Made by a program: the position numbers and the translations under genes. A stretch of DNA of 64,000 nt from Eledone cirrhosa (lineage: Eukaryota). The stretch lies in the NCBI GenBank assembly GCA_964016885.1, contig OZ024742.1, forward strand, positions 84,568,001-84,632,000, in the 5' to 3' direction. Shown here one piece after another: positions 32,957-47,882 of the stretch (position 1 is the stretch's first letter; every line of letters begins with the position of its first letter). A model generated the notes under the pieces. It was not told the origin of the DNA and searched no databases. It saw nothing but the letters and a program-made list of their open reading frames with translations.

Positions 32957-33632
32957 CGTATACCTTCCTGCCAGATGGTTGAACGTCTGAAAGTATATAC
33001 TTTCCAGATGCTGACGATAAGCTTGAAATTTGTAAGCTTGAAACTAGTACATCGTTCCTGTGTCAGTCTTGAACAAAAAGGTGACGTGGTTGCCTAAACA
33101 CTGTACGGCGTAATTCGGGCTGTTTGTTTGTTTACAAACAAACAAACCGAGCATTATAATAAATGTTTGGTAAACCGATACGTGCATATATATATGTGTG
33201 CATGTATGTATATATATCCATACTACTGTACGTCTGTATACATATATGTATGTACGTATGCATACATGCATACTTACATTTAAGTAAGTGCCGTACTAAG
33301 AGTGAGAAATGAAATTTCGTTTCATTCTATTCCATTTATCGTTTTCGGTGCGCCCGGCGGACTGAACTCACTCGATATGCAAATTAGGCGGCTCAGCCGT
33401 TAATATGCATAAGGAAAGTATATACTTTCAGACATTCAACCATCTGGCAGGAAGGTATACGATGCTGACGATAGCTAATAAGCTTGAAACTAGTACATCG
33501 TTCCTGTGTCAGTCTTGAACAAAAAGGTGACGTGGTTGCCTAAACACTGTACGGTGTAATTCGGGCTGTTTGTTTGTTTACAAACAAACAACCGAGCATT
33601 ATAATAAATGTTCGGTAAACCGATACGTGCAT
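32957..33632 (+). repeat. 446-bp retrozyme-like unit bounded by two hammerheads, with a short inverted leader
   Basis: HHRs at 33007-33053 and 33460-33500 (cgatg CTGACGA tagctaataagctt GAAA ctag TA catcg). Segment 32957-33005 is an inverted copy of 33413-33461. No ORF. Confidence 0.88.
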
Positions 33633-34559
33633 TATTGAAAGTCTCTGGATTTCGCAAAATACATATTTATTTTTTATTGAAGAAGGTAAGATATTTTCCC
33701 GCAAAAATTTGATTGCACTGTTTTCTTTCCACTTATGTATTTTTTGAAAATATTATTTATTCACTATAAAAATTAAATGATAACATTCTATATTTTTAGA
33801 CTCAGTCCGCCACTGCCTCGAACTGTTCCGGTATTCCTTCCTCCTGTTCGTGGTGGTGCATATGCTGCAGGTGTCGCCTGGTGGGTAGTGCACACCATGT
33901 GGAAACATGGGTGCGTGGCTGGTTGTCTGTGACCAGGGCACGTGGCTGAACGGTGGGTGAGCAGAGAAGAGAAACTAGAATCATGGGGAAGGAGGCAGCG
34001 TATCTCAACTACACCAGATCCAAAGGCAACATCAACAAAATAAAAAAAAGGGAGGGAGTGTAGGGAAATATAATAGGATAGACGAAAGTGTACTCTACTA
34101 CCTCCTCAATCTTTTTTCGGGCCTAAATGATGTATCGTAATTCTCGTATTGTCTAGGGATGATCGTACTTCGTTGATAATAATATGAAGCGACGGCTGAA
34201 ATATTTCACAGATTTGTTTCATAATACACCGGGAATCTGTTTAGATGTAATCAACGGTCACGACCCGACAGAAATAAAATAAAGCAATGCTGAATTTACC
34301 TACACTACTTGAAGTAGAATCATTAGTTATGAGAATATGTGCAAGGAAGTTTCCTAGCCTACTTGGGATTCCAATTATATTTTGAGATATGGGGACGTTA
34401 TTACATCTGCTAGTGCGAATTTGGAAAGTAAGATATATATATATATCCAAGGACTGGTTAGATACAATCATAATACCCTTATACAAGGGCAAATGAGTGA
34501 AAGCAACATGCAACGACCATTGTGATATGGGTGCGCTTGAACTCCTGGTAATTTTGTTG

Positions 34560-35220
34560 TCATGTTTGACATGCTTAACAGCTTATCGATTTGTTATTAT
34601 GGGCATCAATTGCAGGGGACATGCTTTAAACATAGCCTTCCACTGTATCAGGTCTTTATAGATCTTACCAAGTATTTTGATACTATGAATCGAAAGGCAT
34701 TATGGGTAATTCGGTAAAAGGACTGGAAGGATGTGTTATACTTAATGGAAAACAATCTGAACTGATGAAAATTGACAATTGTGAAGCAACACCAACACTA
34801 TTCTCTATCAATTTTGCAGTCTGTCTGTGCTATGCTATTGAGGATTGCAATGTGGAAAGGTACTTGCGATTTCAGACATATGTCGATCTTTTAAATGTTC
34901 AGAGCTTTTCACGCTAAAGCAAGATATTATATGAGACATTTTGCATGCAAATGTTTCGGATCTAGTTGCACATAATGAAGAAGACATAGAAGTCATAATG
35001 AATCATAGTTTTAGGGTATGTCTTGCTTTTGAACTGACCATCAGCCACACATATAGCAAAGTAATGTTTACTCCTTTAGGAGGGAACCATGTTGACTAAA
35101 AAATAACAGTTAATCCTACACAATCGAATGTTGTAGATAGGTTTCCAGATATGAGAAGCATTTTCAAAAACAATGTATCACTTGATGTGGAAATCAATCA
35201 GAACATTCAAAATGAAACTT
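34560..35220 (+). pseudogene. Highly decayed RTE-like reverse transcriptase
   Basis: FIDLTKYFDTMNRKALW, TPTLFSINFA, DLVAHNEEDIEVIMN. Confidence 0.6.
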
Positions 35221-35799
35221 TATAAGAATTTATAAAAAAGGCAGCAGGTTCGGGGCAGTAATCCTCTAAATAAACACGTGCTCTCAGGTCATGTTGGGGT
35301 GACATACTCAAATTTGATTTTAAAAATATTGAGGCAAAGCATATTGAAAAGGAGAGAGATGCTGTCGAAAGTAGAAAAGTGAGGGATTCCAGAATATTTC
35401 AATCCAGAATTTAGGTGCAATATGTGCAACAGAGTATTCTTTTTAGAGTTGACCTCGTTAATCACTAAAAATGCATGTAGTAAAGGAGACACAAGCTCTC
35501 TATGATAATCATTTGCCGCAGTGGCCAGATAACAATATTTGTCATATCTGTGAAAAAAATGCATTATTCACAATGTTGTCTCCCCACACACACACTCTAA
35601 TCGACAATGGACCGAATATTCTTTTATAGTGTCATATTTGTGAAAAATACTTAACGGTGAGGTTTGAAGAGATAGCAATATTCAGAAAACAAGCGGCAAT
35701 CATTATCATCGCCATCCTCGACATCGTATATATATATATATACATATATATATAGTGACGAAACATAAGTCAATTGCATGAACTCATAATCCTTTATTT

Positions 35800-35855
35800 A
35801 CTGCAATATATATTTCGATGATAGCCATTGAATGGCTATGACCTCATCAGGCAGT
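35800..35855 (-). ncRNA. Type I hammerhead related to the 20.9 kb family
   Basis: actgc CTGATGA ggtcatagcca-ttcaa-tggctatcatc GAAA tatata TT gcagt. Confidence 0.85.
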
Positions 35856-35943
35856 TAGTCAGTTCTTAGATATGCCAGCTCTGTGTTTATGGTTTTGATG
35901 GTATTAGAGCCTTGGAAAATATATATATATATATATATATATA

Positions 35944-36628
35944 AACAGAAAAAATGAAACGAAATTTCATTTCCCAATCTTAGTACGGCTGTTACTTAAA
36001 TATAAGTATGTACACGTACATACATATATGTATACAGACGTACAGTAGTATGTATATATATATATACATACATGCACACATATATATATATATGTACGTA
36101 TGGATTCACCGAACATTTATTATAATGCTCGGTGTGTTTGTAAACAAACATCCCGTATTAAGCCGTAGTGTCCAGCAACCATCGTTGCTCGTTTGTTCAA
36201 CACTGACAAAGGAACGCTGTACTAGTTTCAAGCTTATTAGCTATCGGCAGCAACGTATACCTTCCTGCCAGATTGTTGAACGTATATACTTACCTTATGC
36301 ATATTAACGGCTGAGAAGCCTAATTTGCATATCGAGTGGGTTAATCGGGCGGGTGCACCGAAAACGATAAACGGAAAAAATGAAACGAAATTTCATTTCC
36401 CACTCTTAGTACGGCTGTTACGTAAATATAAGTATGTATACGGACATACATATATGTATACAGACACTACGGCTTAATACGGGATGTTTGTTTACAAACA
36501 CACCGAGCATCATAATAAATGTTCGGTGAATCTATACGTACATATATATATGTGTGCATGTATGTATATATATATACATACTACTGTACGTCTGTATACA
36601 TATAAGTATGTACGTGTACATACTTATA
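35944..36628 (-). repeat. Second insertion of the 446-bp family: unit, partial tandem copy and inverted arm, with mutated HHR core
   Basis: Homologous to 33007-33460. Core reads CTGCCGA at 36215-36255. Segment 36466-36628 is inverted relative to about 36001-36167. Confidence 0.8.
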
Positions 36629-36633
36629 TATAA

Positions 36634-36697
<64 letters not shown>

Positions 36698-36700
<3 letters not shown>

Positions 36701-37976
36701 TGTGCGACGGTATTGAGAACACACGAGAACACAAATTGAGAACACATGCATTTTTAGTCATTATTCTATTTAAATAATTTTTATTGAACTTATTATTTCA
36801 GAAAATAACAATGAAAATAACGATGCTTACTAATGAAATGAAAAGGTTTGTTGTGATTGTGGCTTTGAAGGCTAAGCATGGTGATTTAGAAATTTCTCCT
36901 TATCTGAAAGCTGCAAGATCTTTTGTCCACAAGATTCGGTGTGAGTTAGAGAAAGAAGATGGAAGCGTATTACCTATATCAAAACGTAAAAAAGATTCCA
37001 AATGCTCTGATTGTATCAGGACACCTGAATTTATTCAGAAAGTTAAGCAAAACATTGATGACAATCCAGGAACATCAATGAGGTCAATCGCAAAAGATTT
37101 TGGTGTGTCAGAAAAAACAATCAGAAATGTTGTACATGAAGACATCAGATACAAATCTTACGTGGTGAGAAGGGTCAATTCATGTCAGTAAAAACAAAAG
37201 AAAACCGTTTAATCAGATCAAATAGACTTTTCAACAAACTTAAAAATCCATCAGAAGATGATGTTATTTGGTTTTGTCAGATGAGAAAATCTTTGACCAG
37301 GACCAGAAAACTAGCAGAATAAATGACAGGTGGCTATGTACAGACCCTTCTGAGCTTCCAAGAGTAATGCACACAAAAGTTACTGCAAGTGACATGGTTT
37401 TGGGCGTTTTTAGCAATGAAGGACATGTGATCCTCCTCACTTTTTTCCACAAGGACTTAGGGTGAATGCTGCTGCGTATAATGAGGTTCTGGATAAAGTT
37501 GTTAAGCCTTGAATCAACAGTGTATGCAATGGAAGGCCTTATGTCTTTCAACAAGATTATGCACCATCACACAATGCTCTAATGACACAAGAATGGATGG
37601 CTGACAATTTGCATTATCACATCACCCCCAATATTGTGCCTCCTAATCTCCAGATCTCAATCCACTGGACTTATATGTATGGAGCATCGTTGAGAAATAT
37701 GTCAATGAACACCCCCATAGCACAAAAGATTCTGTGAAAGCCGCAATAGTTCGAGTCTGTTCGATATGAACAAGGACCACTTAATCCGAGCTTGTAAACG
37801 ACTTCAACCACATGTAGATGTAGTTATTGATGCTGGTGCTTTTTTAATTGAAGGAAATTATTACATAGATAATTTAGCTTTATGTTTATTTTATTTGTAT
37901 AAAAATACAGTTTTTTCTGTTATTATATAAGTGTTTTTTAAAACCATAAATCTGTGCTCAAATACCGTCTACACTG
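36698..37976 (+). mobile_element. Tc1/mariner DNA transposon, DD37D (maT) type, decayed
   Basis: Imperfect TIRs cagtgtgcgacggtattgag / ctcaaataccgtctacactg. HTH (SMRSIAKDFGVSEKTIRNVV), SDEK, FQQDYAPSH and PDLNPLD, with 37 residues between the second and third Asp after correcting one frameshift. Confidence 0.85.
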
Positions 37977-38012
37977 TGTGTGGGTGTGTGTGTGAGCGTA
38001 TGAGTGTATATA

Positions 38013-38062
<50 letters not shown>

Positions 38063-38141
38063 AAATTTACGGTTCTTTTATGTTTGATATATATTTATCC
38101 TTATCGAGCCCTCTTTGGATTTTAGTCTTCAAATTTATTAT

Positions 38142-38189
<48 letters not shown>

Positions 38190-38240
38190 AACTGTATTTG
38201 ATTGTGTTGTATTAGTTTTCCTGTTATCTAGTTTAACTGT

Positions 38241-38285
<45 letters not shown>

Positions 38286-38288
<3 letters not shown>

Positions 38289-38706
38289 GGAGGTGAGTTT
38301 TATTGTAGTACAATAAAGCAATGCAGATATCGGATAAGAAGCACTCTACAGTTTGTAGGACTGGAGTATACATAATATAAGATCAAAAGATGGTTAAAGG
38401 AGTTCCATGTATTTTATTATGCGCATTTCAAAAACAAACATCATCATGCAATAATATTTGTGTTTTCATCAGATAAAACAGGAGAACATGATATGAAGGC
38501 TAAAAAACACTTGTGGATAGTGCAGTTTTAAATCAACATATCATATATGTTGATTTAAAACTGCACTATCCACAAGTGTTTTTTAGCCTTTATATCATGT
38601 TCTCCTGTTTTATCTGATGAAAACACAAATATTATTGCATGATGATGTTTGTTTTTGAAATGCGCATAATAAAATACATGGAACTCCTTTAACCATCTTT
38701 TGATCT

Positions 38707-38714
<8 letters not shown>
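38286..38714. mobile_element. Short fold-back of the 47.9 kb PLE family with two intact hammerheads
   Basis: Near-perfect palindrome 38372-38714 centred on 38543. HHR gttttat CTGATGA aaacacaaat..gtttgttttt GAAA tgcgca TA ataaaat at 38607-38675 (+) and 38411-38479 (-). Tail at 38286-38371. Confidence 0.92.
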
Positions 38715-38784
<70 letters not shown>

Positions 38785-39144
38785 TTGTGTGTGTATATAC
38801 ACATGCTTCTATAATTTTCTATGTATTTTTTATATATTATTTTTCTTACATATTAATTTTTATATAATCTTTTCCTATATTTTTTCTTATGTATATTTTT
38901 CCTTTATTTTTCCACCCTCACTTCCAACTTTTAACAGATTTCAAATATCATTTCATATTTTCCATTCATAACATCTCTGTCTGATGAACGATCTAGACGT
39001 ATATTAATATTATTTAGGGTCCTGAAACATTTGGTAATGGAACAGTTATATATTGTGTTCATTTTCTAATTAAATAGCTCTGTTCTATACATAGAGCTCT
39101 CTTTTTTCCTTTACCTTTTCTTCGCAATTACCAAACACACACAC

Positions 39145-39270
<126 letters not shown>

Positions 39271-40699
39271 GGGGGGGTGAGTGAGAGAGAAACATAGCCA
39301 CAAACACACACAAATACGCCCCTCGCACACACATTCACACATATATAGTTATATGTATTCCTCATTGTGTGCAGGTGCCTCTCTTTATTCACATATATGT
39401 TTGTAATTTTCAGTGACTTGAGATTACTAAAAAATAAAACATCGTCTTTTTCTTACCACATCAGATCCTTATCATACTTGCTTAAGCTGTTATGAATAAT
39501 CACCAACATCTTCCTTAGAGCACATCTTTCAAACAGAAAAAGTACTGTAGTAATGAAGTACTTATACAATGATACGGCATGCTGGTGCCTAGGATATATT
39601 TGCTCGTAAATCGGCTCGACCGGCTTTGAATGTAGACAATAGACAAAGAACAATAGCATATTCTAAATATAATAATTCACCTTCTTTTAACGTGTTACTC
39701 ACTTTTCATGCGTTTATATACGGTGCGTGAAATCTCATACCCCTGTAGTTGTTTAGTTTTTAATTATCTTTACGCTTATTTCAAACCTTTCTTTATTTGA
39801 GAAAGCGAAATCATTATGTGAATTGTTCAATTATAATTAGGAAGCATATTGTTTTATCACCTCTTCTAACCCTGCATAATAAGAATGTCTCCGTTTGCTT
39901 TATTGTTTCTTACATATCAGAATGTTTTCTAAAGAACGAAAAGAAGCAATGTAACTATTCAACAGCATCTAAGTAAAGACCAAAATTATATAGACTATGC
40001 TATAATACTTCTCCCAAATTGTACTTGTACCACCTAGAAATGATGATCATATTTTTATCAATTAATTTTTATCAATAAAAGAAATATTAAAAAAATATAT
40101 TATAAGTAATATATTTGTTGCAAGATAGTTGACTGCTAGACAGCATCGAAAGTCAGAAATGAGATGTCGTGGATGTATGAAATTGCCATTGCTTAGTCAA
40201 ATAGCCAATCTGATTGTGAGGGGAATGGAGAAAGTGCTACAGTAACTACAGTTCTAACGCTACGCATAGGTCAGCTTTGTTTATTTCGTTAAACCATCTA
40301 TGTGATGGCCTTGGTGATAACAGAAGTATGGCATCTTTCATTATGCGTCAAAACATCGTAGGGAGTGCTAAATTTGCAAATACAGGGTTTTGTAACATAT
40401 TCCTTATAATATTTTTTGAATGAGCACCCATACTTTGCCTATCTTGTAGTATAACAATTATTGCTGTTTTTGGGTGTTAACAAAATGCTGAAGTGAGCAT
40501 TATAGATATGGGATTTGTTTGAATGTATGTAATCAAAGTTATTTCTGATTGCTTAATAATTCCTAATGGTGTCAGTAACAGCGTAAGCAATGCGGATAAT
40601 TGAGTAATAACAAGGTGGTCAAATTTGTTTGTTCCCCGCAATTTTGAAATACATTTATCACGCTTGCTTTCATTGCCACTACTAGTGCTAGCAATTTGT

Positions 40700-40830
40700 C
40701 ATAGTCAATGAGTGTACGTAGGAACTTATTAAACGAGCACATGACACCATCAAAATTGAAACGACATATGGTTGGTCAACATCGTGAGTATTCAAATAAA
40801 ACAATAAATGTTACTTAGATACATGAAAAA
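40700..40830 (+). pseudogene. hAT (Charlie/Buster-like) transposase relic
   Basis: NEHMTPSKLKRHMVGQHREYSNK resembles the N..MKPSKLKRHL...H motif. Confidence 0.5.
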
Positions 40831-42144
40831 GGAAGTAATAACCTCACTTTATAAAACATTGTTTTGTCATCTTATAGCTTTTCAAAATTGACAGCCGAAA
40901 CCAAATATCTGAATAATATTGTGAATATCTTAGTAAATCCTGGAACTGCAAGTTCTAACGTCCCAAGTGTATGGAACATAAATGAACAGAGTATACATTA
41001 GCTCTCCTGATTCTATCCAACAATACATTGGAATGTAGAGTTGATGACATGGCAACATATAGAGATGTAGGAAGATCTCTCGTTGCTAAGATATAGTACA
41101 AACAACCACGAGTTGTTTTTGTTTACAATGAGTGAATGAAAACACGGATACTGTAGCTACTTTTGATTTAATGTTTTAAAAGATATGTTGTCAACAGCTT
41201 ATAAATAATTTTCAAGAAGAACAAAAAGTGGAATAAAACTTTAAGATTATGCATCATTTTATCATCAAACTGGATAATGACTGGAAAATGTGTTAAGTTT
41301 TGGTAACTATGGGGTACTAGCAATATCAGATTATTGTAATTATTTGTTACGAGTCCGAATAGCAACATGAATCCTATGAGCATTGTACTATTCACGTGAA
41401 TTCCACATTGTATGCATACACAGACACGCTTTAGGCGTAAAATGAATGCGATGAATTTTGAACTTAATTCTACTAAAAGGAGTAATTTGAAAATATTATA
41501 AATTAGCATGATCTTTATTGAGTAGTGTAAAAAATTAAGAAGTGAGTATCAATAATTTATATAAAATTCTAAATGTTAAGGGTTATCAGATGGATTTTAT
41601 CGATGCTTCCCTCACCCAAATTGATGACTTGTGATTAAGTTAGAAATATTTATTATATTACATCAATGAAGAGCATAGAAATAACATAAAACAAATCAGG
41701 AAGGGAGGTGATGAATTTCATGGAAAAGCATTTATACGTTACAAGTTATAATATTTAATTTCGAAATAAAAAAGCAATATTACCGGCTGCGATATATATA
41801 TATGTATATATATATACTGATTTTGATGTTGATTTGGTTATCAATATTAATATTATTGGGCACCAACTGAAGAATTATAAGAGCCCACTTGTTGATCTTA
41901 TACACGCTTCTGCATAATTTGGTATAATTTCACCCAACTTGTAAAAATCTTATAATGAAACGAGTCTTCTGGGAAGTGATATATTTGATATATCTCATAT
42001 GAAATGATACAGCCAATTCTCCACACAATACAATATAGTTAACACCCCGAACGTTTAATTAGGAATATACTCAGATATTTCCTAATGTTTGTTGAGTGAG
42101 ATGGAATTTGGCCGGAGTATCGCTATTAGATTTCTCCGTTTATG

Positions 42145-42549
<405 letters not shown>

Positions 42550-42689
42550 GTGTTAAACAATATTCAATGAGTATCTCAAAGAATGAGTTTTACAGTAGAT
42601 TGGAAGCACTCTACGATAAAAGAATTTTCCGGAATTATTAATATTAAAATACAAATATTAATAAAATAGATTTTCTTTTGATCAATTAC

Positions 42690-42742
42690 ATTTTATTATA
42701 CATATTTCGGATTTACAACAGTACGTCCTCATCAGACAAAAT
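42690..42742 (-). ncRNA. Type I hammerhead with downstream tail (insertion about 42545-42790)
   Basis: attttgt CTGATGA ggacgtactgttgtaaatcc GAAA tatgta TA ataaaat. Confidence 0.8.
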
Positions 42743-42890
42743 ATAATTATACATGACATACCCTGAGATGTTAAATGGTTAAGATTTAATCAAGGTAGTA
42801 TATATATATATATATATTTATACATATATATATATTCGCAAATAGTATGGACATTTCTTTGGATAAATGCATATATATACTTGTGTGTAT

Positions 42891-42956
<66 letters not shown>

Positions 42957-43285
42957 TAGTAATATTAGTAGTAGTAATAGTAGTAGTAGTAGTAATAGTA
43001 TTGCCTGGAATCACTTTTCTTTTAAAACATGGCATTTTATTAAATATATATTCATGAAACAAGATCTTAATAAAGTAATTGAAAGATGTTTATGTTAGTA
43101 AGACAACATCGCAGCCGGTAATATTATTTTCTTATTTCGAAATTAAATATTATAACTTATAATATATACCGGTATAAATGATTTTCCGTAAAATTCATCA
43201 CCTACCTTTATGATTTGTTTTATGTTATTTTTATGCTCTTCATTCATGTAATATAATAAGTATTTCTAACATAATCACAAGGCAT

Positions 43286-43354
<69 letters not shown>

Positions 43355-43401
43355 TAATACGATATATTAACAAATGGAAACTATATTTATAAAACCATAT
43401 T

Positions 43402-43466
43402 TATTTCATTATACATATTTCAAGGACACCAAGTTAAATTATGGTTTGCTTTCATCAGATAAAATA
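43402..43466 (-). ncRNA. Type I hammerhead, relative of family A
   Basis: tattttat CTGATGA aagcaaacca..tggtgtcctt GAAA tatgta TA atgaaata. Confidence 0.8.
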
Positions 43467-43663
43467 TAATATAGAGCAGTTTTATACATAAATATTGACA
43501 TACCCTTAAAGAATGCGATCATTACTGTTGGAAGCTCCCGAATATATATATATAGGTCGAGTGACGTAACTTCTAACGATCAGTGGATTTTAGACTCACC
43601 TGATTAAAGAAATAATTGTTAATACCCTAAATAAACCCTACTGTACAGCCACCATTCTTTTGC

Positions 43664-43736
<73 letters not shown>

Positions 43737-43869
43737 GTGCGTGTGTGTGTGTGTGATTGTGGGTGTGTATGTGAGTGTGTGCCTGTGTGTGTCTGTGTGC
43801 GTGTATGTGTGTGTATGTGTGTGTATGTGTGTGTGTGTGCATGTGTGTGTGTTTGTGTTTGTACATAGT

Positions 43870-44650
43870 TAATGCTGAAGCTGGTGCATTACTGCACCAG
43901 CTCCTGCAATCCTTTTGCACTTATTTCACCCTCTTGTGTCTCTTGTCTTACATGAAATTCTCCACGTGCTCCAGTACAACTCCACTAACATGCACATTGC
44001 ATTGAGCATGTTTCCTTGATGAGACGAGTGTCCTCGTTTTCCTAGTACTGATTTATTTCTGCCATACAGCACTCGGCAGAAGAGCTAGCAGGTCCATGTC
44101 GGAGACTACCTCCAGCGAGTTAAATAGTTCGAGCCGAGTGATCCGAGATTTGTTAGTCTTGATACCACATCCAACTTGAAAGCGCATGTCAATTTTGTAC
44201 CTGAAATGTATTAACAGTAGATATGCCAGTGCGTACCCGTTGTGGAATCGGACATCCAAATGGAATGGTTTCGAATTAACACCTTTTACCTCCAAAATAA
44301 GGCATTCGTATGAATACGACCAGTCAATAAGGAGCCATCAATCGATTACATACTCCTGCAGAATTTTCCGTAACAAACTCCTTGGAACGCAGTCGTATGT
44401 CATTTCTAGGTCTGCGAAATAGGTGTAGTGGACAATACTCCCACGAAGACCTATCGTTGTGTGAATATTTGGTCTTCTGTGCTGTATCCGAGGCGAATAC
44501 GACACGGTACGTCGTCTCTCTTGGAGTTGACATCTCTTTGCCTGACAGAGTGAGGTAGGTGTAAAAGTCACACTCGATATCTTCAATACGGTATTCGTGC
44601 CTACCGTTATCAATTGTCGTGAATCTTGAGTAATGGCCGAAATCGTGAAA
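43870..44650 (-). pseudogene. Decayed RTE LINE fragment
   Basis: FADLEMTYDCVPRSLLRKILQEY and VKGVNSKPFHLDV. End resembles 56170-56215. Confidence 0.65.
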
Positions 44651-45493
44651 ACAAGCAATGAACAAATTATTACCCAGTTAGTTTAGTCATGAGATGGTTT
44701 ATAAAACTAACTCAAATATCTTTCAAAACACATACTATGACATTCCCAATTACCATAGCTGCTCTTCAGCCTCCCCTCTTTTTTTGTATATTTTTACATT
44801 CTATTTTGGACTTCTATTGTAATTTTGTTCTGCACGGGTTTGTGTTTCAATGTGACTGTGAGTCACTGTATTCTTGTGTAGTTTTGTGCGCTGCGACTTC
44901 CACAAACTTCAGTTCTTGGTATTTACGTCCATGAATATATGCATTTGCATGTATGTGTTACCTTAAGGGCATATGTTTTGTCACTGAACTTGGATTCGAA
45001 CACTGATCATATTTCCAATTGCATTACGATAAACCTATGACTCCAAATTCGAAAAATACTAACACTTCAACATATGTAGCACAAGCACTTCCGTGGACAA
45101 GTGCACCACTCGCTAAATATTTGAAGGCGATGAACTAGCAACAAGTGACCCCACCCGCTGATCGAACACCAAAGCAATACAAACAAACGTTTATGAACGC
45201 CACAAATGTCGGGTAAGTGTTTTCCTCACCTATGTTTATTTATATTCACATACCCTTCTTCATGCAGAGGGAAATAATATAGATTAGTGTAAGGCAAGTG
45301 AGTATAAAAGCGTTTCACCATGATATTTCTGATCGTGAGGAATATTAAAATATCACCACCGTCTTCAACCAAGTTTCGTTTGATTTCTCGATTCCTTGCC
45401 CATAGGTATGCAACACGTTTAACTGGAATACATAAACATACATACACAATAGATATACACATGCAAACACACACATGCACGCACACACACACA

Positions 45494-45590
<97 letters not shown>

Positions 45591-45597
45591 TTATTTA

Positions 45598-45628
<31 letters not shown>

Positions 45629-47696
45629 GTGTATATATATATATACGAATATCCATAGGCGCTTATATGTACTCAGGTAAATGTACTTTGTGTGACTCCC
45701 TTGTCTTATAATGTATGTCTATTAATGTTATACAATGTATCTGAATTTTATACAAACATTTAGATTATAATTAATACAACTATCTAGTGTTTGTGAGATG
45801 GTATAATATTTTGTTGCTGTATTATGTCTAGGTGTTTACCGCATGAACATGTGTTCATATAAGTGTATCTTATTTTTTCTTTGTGTAAAGCATTGTATTC
45901 ATTGTAAAATCACCGTTGATATAAATGGGATTAAAAGATTTGAAGCGCGTGAGAAAATAATTCTCAAAAGAGAAATTACAATATTCTAAAATAAATTTTG
46001 ATTATAATTATACAGACGATTATTCGTTATTATCATTCTTACAAAATGAATGTGATTAAAAAACAAAAAAACAACTTGTTTTACTTCGTATGAGACAGAA
46101 AACATTATTTGAAACAAATTAAACGATTAAGCAAATAAAAATGCTACTATTTCAAAGTTTATCGAAAATCCGCAGTGTAACTCATATGCAAACATATTTA
46201 ATATATGTAATGCTGAAATAGTAACGCATGCATTAATTTCTTATAGGCAGTTTTGAGATTCATTTAAAGCGGTGATTCCCATTTTATTGTTTTCAACCCA
46301 CGTTAAGACTGCTTCCATTGAGAAAGACTCAAAACAAGACCTATTGGTTTCCAAACTACTGCAAACCATCTATCAAAGACAAATTCTGGTGAATATTTCC
46401 CGACCAAATATATCAATGTAGCCCATTTTTCAGAAATTTGTTTTATTTAAAATATTCATATATACAGATAGACCAAAACTGTTATGTAAAAATATTTTGT
46501 ATCTTTGATTTAGCTCTCGCAAATCTGATTACCACTATTCACATTTCTATATTCAATGGGTAGAAATCGTAGATATGGGGCGGTAGTGACATTAATTTAC
46601 TTAACCGTCAATTGGAGCTTATGAAAGGTTACGATGAAAAAACAATATCAGGTTAACGAAACATGACAATAAACAAATAATTCTTAGTATATTTAAGTAT
46701 TATCCTAAACATCTTCAATCACCTATTTCTATATCAACGTATATTTCATATTACAAACTGAATGAGCTTCAATATCATGACATTGGCCGTTTTGAATAAA
46801 ATGCATTAAATAACTTTCATACTTTTCGCCATTGCAAAGACAGCAAATACTGCAAAGAAACACCTATTAAAACCTATTTCATACCTCAATTGATATGATT
46901 AATATGATTTGATTAATTAATATTAAAATTGATAATTGTAAACTCATTTAGATTATACTTGACATCTACCTCAAGTATAGAATACAGACGTTAATTCTCT
47001 GCAACCTAGCCACCTATCCATTTTCTGCTCAGTGTGCTGAACAGAGAAAAACAGTAACTAGAGGAAGTCTTTTTCAATATGTTATAGTATTTCCTTCTGT
47101 CATGACATATAGTTTGGTATTTATCTGCCCCACTATCCCCGAGGATTACTAATGTAATATATGTTATAAAAAAAAAAAATACAGAAATAATTTCTGACAT
47201 GAAATCGTAAAGAAATTACTTTGGAACCGAATGTGTCTTTTCTCTTACGGTGAAAAATTCAATTTAATTCTCAGTATGATCATATTGCATTAGTAAATAG
47301 TACTGTGAAGCTACTTGCTGGATATTATAACGATCTATAATGTAAAAGAATAGAGCAACACAAGGTATGATATTCAAATAAAACTGGCACGAAATGCATT
47401 TTAATTTCGTCTTGTTTATTCAAAGTTACTGGAAAGATAGTTAAAAATGTGATTGCACATTAGGAAAATGCAATTCTCAAAAAGAATGAAATAATAATAA
47501 TAAATACTATCCATCATTTTCATTTTAGGTCTAATGAATTATATATTACGGTGACAAAATACATTTAGGCTTTAGAAAATATCGAATTCATGGAAATTTA
47601 AAGATATCTTGTACACACTAAGTGATATTCAAGCTTTCAATAGAAAAGTAATGACGTTCTGATGCCTCTCTCTTTCCCTCTCTTTTATAGAATCGA

Positions 47697-47791
47697 GACA
47701 TATCTGAGGATCTGGCGATTTCAGAGTCAGGTTTGATCATTGCATTGATCGTGCCTCGAGCAGGTCGTCAGAGAAACGATTGTAATATGTC
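47697..47791 (+). ncRNA. Type I hammerhead with extended stem II
   Basis: gacatat CTGAGGA tctggcgatt...ggtcgtcaga GAAA cgattg TA atatgtc. Confidence 0.85.
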
Positions 47792-47834
47792 TAATAAATC
47801 TTATTCGTCGCACCGTTGATTCTCCGTTTCTTAT

Positions 47835-47882
<48 letters not shown>

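Noticed and set aside
38977-39045. Hammerhead-like ctgt CTGATGA...GAAA cat..atg GA acag
   Set aside because: The required U before the cleavage site is missing and stem II is weak; at best a decayed copy
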